Below, one piece after another: positions 10,959-21,560 of a stretch of 64,000 bases of DNA. The stretch comes from an uncultured Verrucomicrobiae bacterium (GTDB taxonomy: Bacteria > Verrucomicrobiota > Verrucomicrobiia > Limisphaerales > Palsa-1400). The notes beneath the pieces are model-generated. The model ran no database searches. It had not been told where the DNA came from and was given only the letters and a program-made list of their open reading frames with translations. Within the stretch, counting starts at the first letter, position 1; every line of letters begins with the position of its first letter. Made by a program: the position numbers and the translations under genes. The stretch is from positions 4,256,001-4,320,000 of the forward strand of contig OY969763.1 in the NCBI GenBank assembly GCA_963702845.1. Direction: 5' to 3'.

Positions 10959-12434
10959 TTACGGCCCCTGCATCACCCGATATATCCGCATGCCGTCTCC
11001 TGAATTCGTATCAACGAAGATCGAGTCCGGGCCCATAACATTCGTCACCGCCAACGTGGTCCAGTTCGTCAGGTCGGTCGTAAATTGAATCGTGTAATTC
11101 CGATTGCTCATTCCGGCGAGATGCAATTGAAATTGCGAACCATCCAAAAACAGTGGCGCAATCAACCGCGGCGGAGGTGTCGGCAGTATATTGATCGTCA
11201 GGTTCGTCGTCGTTGTCTGCAGCAGGTTGTCCGTGACCTGAACCGTAAACGTGTATGCCCCCTCTTGCGTTGGTAAGCCGGTCAATTGATTAGGCTGATT
11301 TTGATTCGTCGCCAATCCCGGCGGCAATGTTCCACCTACGATGCTCCATGTGAACGGCCAGTAACCGCCGGAAGTGTACAGCCAGTCGCTGTATGGAAGT
11401 CCATTAGTGCCTGCGACCATGTTCGTGCCAATCTGCAGCGGCGCATTCGTGAAATACGTCAAAGTAATCGCAACGTTGGTGCTTGCCACAGTTACCGTGT
11501 TACTTTTGTAAATCTGACAGTCCAAATCCATCGCGTCCAGGGCGACGCAATCCGGATGCAACGACCACGACCCGTCGCACACATACAGCACCGCAATCCC
11601 GTTTGTATCGGTGCGTTGCGCGGTGGCAATGTATGCTGGAACACTTCCCAACAAATCCGCCGTCACCTCGATATTCGTGATCGGGAATCTAGTCGAAACA
11701 ATTGTCTCATCATAGTGAAAGTCAAAATGATTGGTTGGATAAATCGGATGAAACAAATTTGTTGGGCCAACGAAATTCGTTGGATCGTATATCGGACCGT
11801 AAATCACATTCGTATCATAGATGCCAATAATAATATTCGTATCGTAGGAGCTGGATATAACGTTGGTATTGAACGGGCCGTGTTTATTCGGATCATACAG
11901 ACCGATCCAATAGTTGGTGTCCGTCGAATCAAAGCTGTCGACGAGAACAGACCCGCCATTAAAAGTTATGGTACTTTTTGCTACCAACCCTCCGTGAAAT
12001 CCGTCCCTACCACCGTTCACGAGCGTCACTGTAATGCTTCCCGTAATTCGACGCGCCACCAAGTTGACATTTGTCACACTTGCACCCGAACTGATCGTTT
12101 CAAAAACTCGCGGACTAACTAACCCACGCGATAAGACGCCCACATCTGGATGGACATCCAATTGTAGAAAATAGCCGCCGCCGATGACGCCCATTTGAAA
12201 ATTACCATTGTCGTCCGTCAGTGCATTGAATTTGTTCGTGACGTCGTCCTGACCAAACGCAAACACGTTGATGTTTGTCAGCGGAACACCAAAATCATCC
12301 ACAACCCGTCCGGACAAAAACGCGTCCGTCGCCACAGGATCAGCATGCGACTGTCCTGCGAAAAGAAAACAAACACACATCGCGACCGCGAGGGCCGACG
12401 TACGTAGCTTTTCACTATGATTTTGCCAAATCAC
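10959..12434 (-). CDS. Secreted protein with carboxypeptidase-regulatory-like and putative Ig domains
   Basis: Signal peptide; SGRVVDDFGVPL; GTLPPGL...GLPTQEGAYTFTVQVTD; C-terminal IQFTTDLTNW motif. Confidence 0.7.
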   Translation of the reverse strand: MIWQNHSEKLRTSALAVAMCVCFLFAGQSHADPVATDAFLSGRVVDDFGVPLTNINVFAFGQDDVTNKFNALTDDNGNFQMGVIGGGYFLQLDVHPDVGVLSRGLVSPRVFETISSGASVTNVNLVARRITGSITVTLVNGGRDGFHGGLVAKSTITFNGGSVLVDSFDSTDTNYWIGLYDPNKHGPFNTNVISSSYDTNIIIGIYDTNVIYGPIYDPTNFVGPTNLFHPIYPTNHFDFHYDETIVSTRFPITNIEVTADLLGSVPAYIATAQRTDTNGIAVLYVCDGSWSLHPDCVALDAMDLDCQIYKSNTVTVASTNVAITLTYFTNAPLQIGTNMVAGTNGLPYSDWLYTSGGYWPFTWSIVGGTLPPGLATNQNQPNQLTGLPTQEGAYTFTVQVTDNLLQTTTTNLTINILPTPPPRLIAPLFLDGSQFQLHLAGMSNRNYTIQFTTDLTNWTTLAVTNVMGPDSIFVDTNSGDGMRIYRVMQGP

Positions 12435-12610
12435 GTGCTCTTGACAGGCAGCTTACATGCCAATGTCATTGCTGATAAACTGCATGTGTGTCAGTCTTCG
12501 CATCCGGCGAATCGTCGATTACTCGCATGCAATCGAGCGCGAACAATCGACCAGAACTTGCTGGTAAATCCATTGCTGATCAAACCGGGTTCGTGTAGTA
12601 TTCGTGTGTT

Positions 12611-12835
12611 ATGCGGACCATTACAATTGATGACGACGCCTACAAGCTGCTCTCTAAATTAAAACAGCATGGGGACTCCTTTACCAAGGTAATCAAACGT
12701 CACATCAGAATTCCTGCTGACACCTGCGGCGAACTCCTCGAGCGTTTGGAATCAGGACCACTTCCTGATGTGGATGAAACGATGTTTGAAGTTTTGGAAA
12801 AGGGTAAAGGCCGGCGCTCTCCGCGCCGCTTATGA
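12611..12835 (+). CDS. vapB: VapB-type antitoxin
   Basis: MRTITIDDDAYKLLSKLK..DSFTKVIKR; overlaps PIN gene by ATGA. Confidence 0.8.
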   Translation: MRTITIDDDAYKLLSKLKQHGDSFTKVIKRHIRIPADTCGELLERLESGPLPDVDETMFEVLEKGKGRRSPRRL

Positions 12836-13209
12836 TCGCAGATACTACGTTTCTAAGCGATCTAACCAGAGAGCAGCGTAACGGAATTCGCGGCGCTGCC
12901 AGTTTGTTTTTCAACAAGCACCGAACTCAGAAAATCCGCACGTCGATTATCAGTGCAGGCGAAATCTCTTTGTTGTTTCGGCGGACGGATCACGCGTGGG
13001 AGTGGCTAACGAATTGGACGATTTACAGGCTGCACGCAGGCATCGTCAACGCTGCTACTGAAATTGATCGCCACTTGATCAAGACCGGCCAACGTTTGGG
13101 TGAAAATGACAATTGGATTGCAGGTTTTGCGGCTTACTATCGCGAACCGTTGGTAAGCCGTGATGCGCGCTTCGACGATGCGCCCGGCGTGCGCAGAATT
13201 TCATATTGA
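12832..13209 (+). CDS. vapC: VapC PIN-domain toxin
   Basis: IADTTFLSD, E, NDNWIA, LVSRDARF PIN motifs. Confidence 0.9.
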   Translation: MIADTTFLSDLTREQRNGIRGAASLFFNKHRTQKIRTSIISAGEISLLFRRTDHAWEWLTNWTIYRLHAGIVNAATEIDRHLIKTGQRLGENDNWIAGFAAYYREPLVSRDARFDDAPGVRRISY

Positions 13210-13471
13210 TCGCGCAACCAATTAGTCAATCTCTTCCACTAGCAACATTGCCTGACGTTTCACTGCCGTCAGCCTGACGTTTATTTTCGGTCACAAACTC
13301 CTTTCCATCAACTGCTATGACACCCTGACGGCTTTTTATCCCCTGACTATTAGGTATACCAACTTCAAAACGTTCCAGGAAATACATGAAATACTTGTTG
13401 CATGGTGTTTCCGCCCTGCTATATTCCCCGCTCCGTTTCCCTTGGGGTTACGGGGATAAATTTACGTACCG

Positions 13472-13864
13472 ATGCCAACTATCAATCAACTCGTCCGTCA
13501 TGGACGCAATAAATTGCGCAGCAAGTCCAAAGCGCCGGCCTTGCAGAATTCGCCTTTTCGTCGCGGCGTGTGCATCCAGGTGATGACCCGTACGCCCAAG
13601 AAGCCAAACTCCGCCATGCGCAAAGTGGCGAAAGTCCGTTTGACCAACGGCTTTGAAATCATCGCCTACATTCCGGATGAAGGCCATAACTTGCAAGAAC
13701 ACTCCATCGTGCTCGTGCGCGGCGGCCGTGTTAAAGATTTACCCGGTGTGCGTTATCACATCGTGCGCGGCACCCTCGACGCCGCCGGCGTTGAAAAGCG
13801 CCGCGTCAGTCGCTCGAAATACGGCGTCAAACGCCCGAAGGCCGCTAAACCAGCCGCTGCGTAA
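13472..13864 (+). CDS. rpsL: 30S ribosomal protein S12
   Basis: MPTINQLVR...TPKKPNSA...[13 protein letters not shown]. Confidence 0.99.
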   Translation: MPTINQLVRHGRNKLRSKSKAPALQNSPFRRGVCIQVMTRTPKKPNSAMRKVAKVRLTNGFEIIAYIPDEGHNLQEHSIVLVRGGRVKDLPGVRYHIVRGTLDAAGVEKRRVSRSKYGVKRPKAAKPAAA

Positions 13865-13922
13865 GTCATGGTGAAATACACCTAGATACACCTAAATACA
13901 CCTTTAACGAAATTTTTGGATT

Positions 13923-14396
13923 ATGTCACGTCGCCGTCGCGCAGTTAAAAGACCGTTAGTTGAAGATGCCAAGTTCCACAGTGCGTTGGTCACCCGTTTG
14001 GTGAACACCGTCATGATTGGTGGCAAGAAGACCACCGCCCAACGCATCGTCTATGGTGCCTTCGATGAAATTGCCATCAAGAACCCGAACACTAACCCGC
14101 TGGAAATCCTCCAACGCGCGGTTGACAACGCCAAGCCTCGCCTCGAGGTTAAGCCGCGTCGTGTCGGTGGTGCAACCTATCAGGTGCCGATGGAAGTTCC
14201 TGGCGATCGCCAGCTCTCGTTGGCCATGCGCTGGTTGGTAGATTTCGCCGACGCCCGCAAGGGACAAGCGATGAAAGAAGCTTTGGCAGCCGAAATCATG
14301 GAAGCCTTTCAAGGCCAGGGTAACGCCATTCGTAAACGTGACGAAGTGCACAAGATGGCTCAAGCCAACAAGGCTTTTGCGCATTTTCGTTGGTAA
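13923..14396 (+). CDS. rpsG: 30S ribosomal protein S7
   Basis: RRVGGATYQVP...MAQANKAFAHFRW. Confidence 0.99.
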   Translation: MSRRRRAVKRPLVEDAKFHSALVTRLVNTVMIGGKKTTAQRIVYGAFDEIAIKNPNTNPLEILQRAVDNAKPRLEVKPRRVGGATYQVPMEVPGDRQLSLAMRWLVDFADARKGQAMKEALAAEIMEAFQGQGNAIRKRDEVHKMAQANKAFAHFRW

Positions 14397-14416
14397 TTTA
14401 GTCAGCAATTTAAACC

Positions 14417-14452
14417 CGCCCCGACGGTTATGCCTACGGGGCGCTTTTTTTA
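14417..14452 (+). terminator. Intrinsic terminator/attenuator between rpsG and fusA
   Basis: CGCCCCG..CGGGGCG stem followed by a T8 tract. Confidence 0.6.
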
Positions 14453-14494
14453 ACAGAGCCGTGCGCGCGAGCAAGCGGTTCAACTAATTTTAAC

Positions 14495-16698
14495 ATGCAG
14501 AACACGACAACAGAGAAAAAGCCCGCTAATTCGCCCGATCGTCAATACACGATGGAGCGCACACGCAACATCGGTATCGCCGCGCACATTGACGCAGGTA
14601 AGACAACCACCACCGAGCGTATTCTGTTTTATACAGGCCTGATCCATAAGATCGGCGACGTCGATGACGGCAACACCGTTACCGACTGGATGGAGCAAGA
14701 ACGCGAACGTGGCATCACGATTACCTCAGCCGCCGTCACCTGCTTCTGGACGCAAAAGAAAGAAGAAGGGCTCCAAAAGCTTTTCACCAGCGTCGGCCAT
14801 CGCGTCAACATCATCGATACTCCCGGACACGTGGACTTCACCGCTGAAGTCGAGCGTTCCATGCGCGTTCTCGACGGCGCAGTCGCAGTGTTCTGCGGCG
14901 TTGCCGGCGTGCAGCCGCAATCCGAAACCGTCTGGCGTCAGGCCACCAAATACAAAGTTCCGCGCATCGCGTTCATCAACAAGATGGACCGCACCGGCGC
15001 GAACTTTGAAAACGCCCTCAACGACATGCGCAAAAAGCTCAATGCGTATGCCTATCCCATTTTCCTGCCTATCGGCGCGGAAGACCAATTTGCCGGGGTC
15101 GATCGACGTCGTAAATCAAAAGGCTATCAGTTGGGGAGAAGGAGAAGTCAAAACGGAAGGTCTCTGCTTACGAAATCACCGAAATTCCCGACAATCTGAA
15201 AGAAAAGGCCAAGACCGCTCTCGCCGAATTGATCGACGCCGTCTCCAATAAAGACGATGAAATCGCTGAGTCTGGTCATGAACGACAAGCCGGTCGAACC
15301 GCTGGTGCTCAAAGCCGCGATTCGCCGTTTGACCTGCAAAATCGAATTTATTCCGGTCACTCTGCGGTTCCGCTTTCAAAAAGAAAGGCGTGCAAGTTCT
15401 CGTTGACGCAGTCATCGATTACCTGCCGAGCCCGCTCGACGTTCCTCCAGCGACTGGTATGGAACCCGGAACACCCGGAAGCGAAGGCACTGTGGTCGTT
15501 GAATCCGACGACAACAACAAATTCTGCTCCTCGGCGTTCAAACTTTGGACCGATCCTTACGCTGGAAAACTCGTGTTCTTCCGCGTTTACTCCGGTCAGC
15601 TCAAGAAGGGCGACACGCATTTACAATCCGCGCACGCGCAAACGCGAGCGCATCAGCCGCCTCATGGTTATTCAAGGCAGCGAACGTAAAGACATCGACC
15701 ATGTTTACGCGGGCGACATCGCCGCACTCGTCGGCGTCCGCAACATCACCACCGGTGACACCCTTTGTAACGAAGATTACGACGTCATCCCTCGAACCGC
15801 CGACGTTCCCAGAACCGGTTATCAGCATGGCCGTCGAACCGAAGACCAAAGCCGACCGCGATAAGCTCGGCGAAGGCTTGCAACGTTTGGCTGAAGAAGA
15901 TCCGACGTTCCGTTGCTTTACCAACGAAGAAACCAGCCAGCTCATCATCGCTGGAATGGGTGAGCTTCACCTGGAAATCATCATCGACCGTTTGAAACGC
16001 GAATTCAAAGTGGACGCCAGCACTGGCGCGCCGCAGATCGCGTATCGCGAAACCATCACCAAGGGTGCCGAAGGCGAAGGCAAATACATCCGCCAATCCG
16101 GTGGTCGTGGTCAATACGGCCACGCTGTCGTCACTATCGAGCCGAATGAAAAGGGCAAAGGCATCGAAATCGTCAACAAGATCGTCGGCGGCGCGATTCC
16201 GAAGGAATACGTCCCGGCAGTCATCGACGGCATCGAAGAAGCCTGTAAGAGCGGCGTTTATGCTGGTTACCAGGTCATCGACATGAAGGTCGAGATCATC
16301 GACGGCAGCTTCCACGAAGTCGACTCGAACGAATTGGCGTTTAAGATGGCCGGTATTTTCGCGCTCAAAGAAGCCTTCAAGAAAGGCCGGCTCCGATCAT
16401 TCTCGAACCGCTCATGAAGGTCGAAGTAACCACGCCTGACGAATATCAAGGCGACCTCCTCGGCGACGTCAACCGCCGCCGCGGGACCATCATCGGCATC
16501 GACGCCAAGGGTGGCCAAACCATCCTGAACGCGCACGTGCCGCTGGCCGAAATGTTCGGTTACGCCACCGCGATCCGTTCGCTTTCCAAGGGCCGCGCCT
16601 CCTACTCAATGGAACCATTGAGCTTCGAGCAAGTCCCGAACAGCGTCTTGACCGTGATCATGGATGCCGCCGGCAAAAAGCCCGCCGCCCGCTGCTAA
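14495..16698 (+). CDS. fusA: Elongation factor G, broken across frames by >=7 single-base insertions (probable sequencing error)
   Basis: [49 protein letters not shown] motifs spread over ORFs 14495, 15390, 15545, 16414. Confidence 0.95.
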
Positions 16699-16734
16699 AA
16701 TTTAGGAGACGAGGTAACGAGTCTCCGACTATTG

Positions 16735-16766
16735 CAAAACTCCCGCACGAAAGTGCGGGAGTTTTG
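16735..16766 (+). terminator. Terminator hairpin after fusA
   Basis: CAAAACTCCCGCAC-GAAA-GTGCGGGAGTTTTG perfect stem. Confidence 0.85.
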
Positions 16767-16840
16767 TCCTTTAGTGCAATAAGGGTTGAGCCGGAATTGG
16801 CTTCTCGCCCGGCGGTGCTCTTCATTAACATTCGGACGAC

Positions 16841-19219
16841 ATGGCCAAACGGCGTATACCCAGTCCGAAACCCAAAGCTCCGTCGGCCAAGCCGATTTTT
16901 CGTAGCGCTGGGATCTGGCTCCTGTCGTTAGGTGTGGTGGTAGCGGCCGTCTCTGAGGTTTGGTGGCTGAAAACGGAAAAAAAGGGGGCCTCAATTCTTG
17001 GTGCCGGAGCAGGCCTGTCCATCGAGAGTGATCAAAGTGTCTTTGCTCAATACGGCGGTTCGCCCAGTTGCCGGGATTGCCATGAGGAAGCGTTCGACGC
17101 CTGGGAAAAATCGCATCACGCGTTCGCCGAACGTCCGGTGAAAGCGGACCTGGATCGCAGGGCTTTTGATCCACCGCGCACTTTTCACCATGGCACGCAA
17201 GACTCGGCGTCGCGCTGGACCAACGACACGGCAATCGTCACGGCGCTGGGGCTTTCAGGAAAACCGGAGGATTGCAACGTGGCGAGGGTCATCGGTCACG
17301 ATCCGTTGCGTCAGTTCCTCGTTCCTGCAGCCGGGGGGCGTTTCCAGACGCTCGAAGCCACCTATGATCCGCGCTCGAACCAGTGGTTCAACGTTTACGG
17401 CGACGAGGACAGGCGGCCCGGTGAATGGGGACATTGGACCGGACGGGGGATGAACTGGAATTTCATGTGCGCCGGATGCCACAACACGCGGTTGCGCAGG
17501 AATTATGATGAGATGACCGACAGCTATCACACGACCATGGCGGAGATGAGCGTTGGTTGTGAATCCTGTCACGGTCCGCTCAAGGCTCACAATGAATGGC
17601 AACGGCAATACGGGAAGTCGCAGCCCGGCAAAGATCCCACGATCAAAAAGATGCCCCGGACTCAAATCCTCGACACGTGCGGGTTTTGTCATGCGCGCCG
17701 CGGCGATCTCACCGGCGATTTCAAACCGGGCGACTCGTTCTCTGATCACTTCGATCTGACGGTCGTGGATACCAGCGAACGTTATTATGCAGACGGCCAG
17801 ATCCGGGAAGAGGATTATGAGTATGGATCATTTGTCGGCAGCAAGATGCATCAACGTGGCGTGATCTGCACCGATTGCCACGATCCTCACACGGCAAAAA
17901 CCAAATTGCCCGGCAACTGGCTTTGCCTGCGTTGCCATAATGGCAGCGAGACTAACGCGCCTCTTATCAATCCGGTCACTCACAGCAAACATAAGGTTTT
18001 CGGCTACGACACCAACGGCGTCCTCGTTAATAGCGATCTGACAAACTACAAAACGAAGGAAATCGTTGAGACCGGAGGCGAATGTGTGAATTGCCATATG
18101 CCGCAGACTCCCTACATGCAACGACACTGGCGGCATGACCACGGCTTCACCATTCCGGACCCGTTGCTGACCAAAAATCACAACATCCCGAATGCCTGCA
18201 ACCGCTGCCATCAGGACAAGACCACGGATTGGGCGTTGGAGGCTTGCAATAAATGGTACGGAACGAAGATGAATCGCCCGACTCGAACTCGCGCCGAATG
18301 GATTGCTCGCGCCCAGGAGGGTGACCCCGCTGCGCGCGAAGGGTTGCTCGCGGTGTTGAAGAATGAGCCGGCCCCGTATTGGCGCACGACGATTCTCGGA
18401 TTGCTGGGCCCCTGGGCGACGCAACCGGACATCGCGACAGTCCTTATGGAGAGTCTCGATAATACGAGCGCTTTGGTGCGCAGCACCGCTGCCCGCGTGA
18501 TCGAGCCCGCCTTGTCGATTCCCGGTGTGAACGAGGCTGTGCATCGATGTTTGGATGATCCGTCGCGCAGCGTGCGGCTCGCAGCCGCATGGAGTTTGCG
18601 CGCCACGCTTGATACCAACTCAATCGTTGCCCGCGAGCTTGAACAAATGATGGACCGGAGTTCCGACCAACCGGGCGGCCAGATGCGCAAAGGTGATTTT
18701 TTTGCGGCACGACACGATCCGCAGACCGCCCTGCTCCATTACCAAAAAGCAGTTTTATGGGACCCTTATTCCACACCGTTTCGCTACCGGGTGGCGGTGA
18801 CGCTGTTCCAATTAAACCGCCCACGCGAAGCGATTGAAACTTTGCAGGAAGCCTGCCGGATCAACCCGAAGGACGGAGAAGCACATTACCAACTCGGCCT
18901 GGCCTGGAATGAAACCGGCGACATCCAACGCGCGCGCCAGGAGTTGGAAGCGGCCGTTCAAGCGAATCCCCGGCTGGCTCCGGCATGGTATAATCTCGGA
19001 CTGGCCCAAAATGCTTTAGGCGAAAGCACGGCCGCAATTGGGTCTCTCCAACGCGGCGAATCGGCAGACCCTCACGACGCTCGAATTCCCTACGCCCGCG
19101 CGACCATTCACGCGCGGTTGGGAGAGAGAAACGCAGCCATCGTCGCGGCGCACAAGGCGCTGGAAATCGATCCGAATTACTCCGAAGCCCGGCAGTTCGT
19201 CCAAGAGCTCGAAAAATAA
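16841..19219 (+). CDS. Multiheme (8 x CxxCH) cytochrome c with C-terminal HEAT and TPR repeats
   Basis: CRDCH, CAGCH, CESCH, CGFCH, CTDCH, CLRCH, CVNCH, CNRCH; N-terminal TM; TPR-like AHYQLGLA/AWYNLGLA. Confidence 0.9.
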   Translation: MAKRRIPSPKPKAPSAKPIFRSAGIWLLSLGVVVAAVSEVWWLKTEKKGASILGAGAGLSIESDQSVFAQYGGSPSCRDCHEEAFDAWEKSHHAFAERPVKADLDRRAFDPPRTFHHGTQDSASRWTNDTAIVTALGLSGKPEDCNVARVIGHDPLRQFLVPAAGGRFQTLEATYDPRSNQWFNVYGDEDRRPGEWGHWTGRGMNWNFMCAGCHNTRLRRNYDEMTDSYHTTMAEMSVGCESCHGPLKAHNEWQRQYGKSQPGKDPTIKKMPRTQILDTCGFCHARRGDLTGDFKPGDSFSDHFDLTVVDTSERYYADGQIREEDYEYGSFVGSKMHQRGVICTDCHDPHTAKTKLPGNWLCLRCHNGSETNAPLINPVTHSKHKVFGYDTNGVLVNSDLTNYKTKEIVETGGECVNCHMPQTPYMQRHWRHDHGFTIPDPLLTKNHNIPNACNRCHQDKTTDWALEACNKWYGTKMNRPTRTRAEWIARAQEGDPAAREGLLAVLKNEPAPYWRTTILGLLGPWATQPDIATVLMESLDNTSALVRSTAARVIEPALSIPGVNEAVHRCLDDPSRSVRLAAAWSLRATLDTNSIVARELEQMMDRSSDQPGGQMRKGDFFAARHDPQTALLHYQKAVLWDPYSTPFRYRVAVTLFQLNRPREAIETLQEACRINPKDGEAHYQLGLAWNETGDIQRARQELEAAVQANPRLAPAWYNLGLAQNALGESTAAIGSLQRGESADPHDARIPYARATIHARLGERNAAIVAAHKALEIDPNYSEARQFVQELEK

Positions 19220-19287
19220 TCGCGTGTCACTTTGACAATATCTCAGCCCAGCGCTGGACGCTGCTGACGTGTTTCCGCGTGGAGAGA

Positions 19288-20346
19288 TTAATTCGGAGTT
19301 GGCTGCGATTGTTTAAACCGTTCCAGAAAATTCTCTGCGCGAATCGCGATGAATTCTTCGGGATCTTGTGCAGCGTACTCGAGTGCAGGAACGACATCAC
19401 CCGGCGTCGGGTAGTCGCGAATCAGAAATATCAACGCCTGGGCTCTGGTCCACCGGTCAACGGAGTGTAATCGGCGGGACAGAATGGGTAACGTGCGTTC
19501 CGGCGAAATTTGCAACATCGCCCGCAATGATGCCGATGCGATTTGCGAGCGCGGCGATTGGGAGGCGGCATTACTCAATGTTTCGAAAGCCGAAATTGCG
19601 TTGGTAGTGAAGTTGCCGATTTCCGTTGCGGCAATGGTGGCATCGTTTGTATTGCCGCGTTGGACAACTTCGACCAGCAACGGCAATGCATTGGCCTCTG
19701 TGCGTAGTTGCGTGCCTAGAATCTGGATTGCAACGGTACGCACCTCGGTGTCAGTGTCATTCAATCGATCCCTCACCAAACCCACTGCCTCGTCACGATT
19801 AGTGACAACGGCGGTTAAACTCGAAACGGCAAAACTGCGAATGGTGGCGTCACTGTTCGTAAGCGCGTGACAGATGACCGTGCTTGCCGCCGGGCCGATG
19901 CACGATAAGCAGCGGAAGGCGACCATCGCGTGCTGCGGTTCTTTGGCAATTTCCGCCAGCATTGGAACAGCGGAGGCTGCATTTGTTCCGAGCGCTTGAA
20001 ATCCCGCGACCGCCATGTCGCTCGGGTCGTCGCTTTGGTAGACTGGCCCGACGTAGATATTGAACTGTTGCGCCAAATCGAGCAGCAGCGAATGAAACGA
20101 CCTCTGTCTATCGGACGCGCGCACGAGCCGCAGCAAAACGGGAATGACCTCTTGCGGGCCCATTGCTTGAATGGCCATGCGTGCTTCGGTCAGTTTTTTG
20201 AGATGGCGAACCGGCTCGGTCCCCTGCTGCAACCAACTCGACAAGTTTCGTCCCTGGGACTCGGGCTCATGTGGACGCAGCAAAACAGCTACGCCAATCG
20301 CAACGCAGATCAGGAAAGCTATTCCAATCCAGTAGATGCGTCGCAT
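19288..20346 (-). CDS. Membrane-anchored HEAT-repeat protein
   Basis: N-terminal TM, EPESQGRNLSSWL, LGTNAASAVPML helical repeats. Confidence 0.75.
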   Translation of the reverse strand: MRRIYWIGIAFLICVAIGVAVLLRPHEPESQGRNLSSWLQQGTEPVRHLKKLTEARMAIQAMGPQEVIPVLLRLVRASDRQRSFHSLLLDLAQQFNIYVGPVYQSDDPSDMAVAGFQALGTNAASAVPMLAEIAKEPQHAMVAFRCLSCIGPAASTVICHALTNSDATIRSFAVSSLTAVVTNRDEAVGLVRDRLNDTDTEVRTVAIQILGTQLRTEANALPLLVEVVQRGNTNDATIAATEIGNFTTNAISAFETLSNAASQSPRSQIASASLRAMLQISPERTLPILSRRLHSVDRWTRAQALIFLIRDYPTPGDVVPALEYAAQDPEEFIAIRAENFLERFKQSQPTPN

Positions 20347-20506
20347 GAAACGAATGTAAATTGAGACGGCTAAAATTCGAGCCGGAAATCCTTGCCGCTC
20401 GAATTGCAAGCAGGCGCGCGAATAAATTGAGAAAAACAGAAGTAGGGGTTTGCCTTACAAAAACTAACCAGTATCCTCTTTGAACAGTGAGTCCATATTT
20501 TAGTTC

Positions 20507-21352
20507 ATGTTCCAGTTTAATCTTTTTCGTCGCGGACAGTTAGATCTCGATCGCATTCAAGTCAGTGTGGTTGTTTCGACTGGTAGAACCGGCACGCGCT
20601 TCCTCGCCGGCGTGTTAAACCGGCCGGAACTCGGTTTAGTCGCAACGCACGAGCCGTCACCTTCGCTAGGCGATCTCGGAAACGACTTCATCACCGGCAG
20701 GAAATCGCTGGAACAGGTCAAAAGCATCATCTTGCGTGATCGCGCAAATATATTCCGCAGCATCGGAGACAAAATGTATCTCGAGTCCAATGCTGGATTG
20801 ATTTTTTTACTGCCAGCTCTGAAAGAACTCATCAGGAACTTCAAAGTAATACACGTGGTCAGGCATCCGATCGATTTCGTGCGGTCCGGTGTCAACCGCA
20901 TTTATTACTCCAACGGAAAAGTGTTCCAAACCTACGCGGAAGAGAAAAACTGGAAACTCAGGGCAGAGGATTTTGCCGATGCCGGGGAAGACTGGAGCGC
21001 GTTGGACATCTATGAGCGGTTCATGTGGGCGTGGGCATTCAAGAACGATTACGCCGCTCGTTTTGTTCGAGAAAATCCGACGATTGCGTTGCGTGTCCGT
21101 TTCGAGGATATCTTTCACTGTGCCAATCACAGCGGATTTCATTCGATATTGGATTTTTTAAACCGTAAGGAGTTGGCACCGAAATTTAATGCGGATGATT
21201 TTAGACAAGTGGTGAACGCCTCTGAAGCCGCATTTGCCGAACCGTTCGAGGCTTGGCCGCCGCATCGAAAAGCTTCGCTGCAACGAATTTGCGGTCCTCT
21301 CGTTGGCGTTGCGAATTATCAGTACACCATTCCAAACGGCCAGCTAGCTTAG
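20507..21352 (+). CDS. Sulfotransferase family protein
   Basis: TGRTGTRFL 5'-PAPS loop, HEP, IHVVRHP..FVRS, VRFEDI. Confidence 0.8.
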   Translation: MFQFNLFRRGQLDLDRIQVSVVVSTGRTGTRFLAGVLNRPELGLVATHEPSPSLGDLGNDFITGRKSLEQVKSIILRDRANIFRSIGDKMYLESNAGLIFLLPALKELIRNFKVIHVVRHPIDFVRSGVNRIYYSNGKVFQTYAEEKNWKLRAEDFADAGEDWSALDIYERFMWAWAFKNDYAARFVRENPTIALRVRFEDIFHCANHSGFHSILDFLNRKELAPKFNADDFRQVVNASEAAFAEPFEAWPPHRKASLQRICGPLVGVANYQYTIPNGQLA

Positions 21353-21398
21353 ATTTGCTTCCAAGTTGGCGGTTGATTTCATTGTCCGCCGAAAAAAA

Positions 21399-21421
21399 TG
21401 GCGGGAGTGGCGGGGCTCGAA
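21399..21421 (-). other. Isolated tRNA 3'-end fragment (Asp-like) = att site bounding the integrated element
   Basis: Minus strand reads TTCGAGCCCCGCCACTCCCGCCA (T-loop, acceptor strand, G discriminator, CCA) but the rest of a tRNA is absent; tandem GTCAGGA repeats at 21540-21555 resemble integrase arm sites. Confidence 0.75.
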
Positions 21422-21560
21422 ACCAATTGAACAAAACGCACGTTTTGCCAGTTATACGCAAGCTGCTACAGCTACCGTATTTAAGCAGACTGCATTTTTT
21501 TCACTCAGACGGTGACATGCACGTTTGCGCAACTTTTTAGTCAGGAATTGTCAGGAGAAA

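Noticed and set aside
13877..13903. ATACACCT x3 between rpsL and rpsG as a functional element
   Set aside because: Very short tandem repeat with no supporting evidence
14495..16698. Programmed frameshifting or true pseudogene in fusA
   Set aside because: Many scattered 1-bp insertions without slippery-site logic in an essential gene point to sequencing error
21399..21480. Intact tRNA gene
   Set aside because: Only the last 23 nt are tRNA-like; no anticodon or D arm upstream on the minus strand
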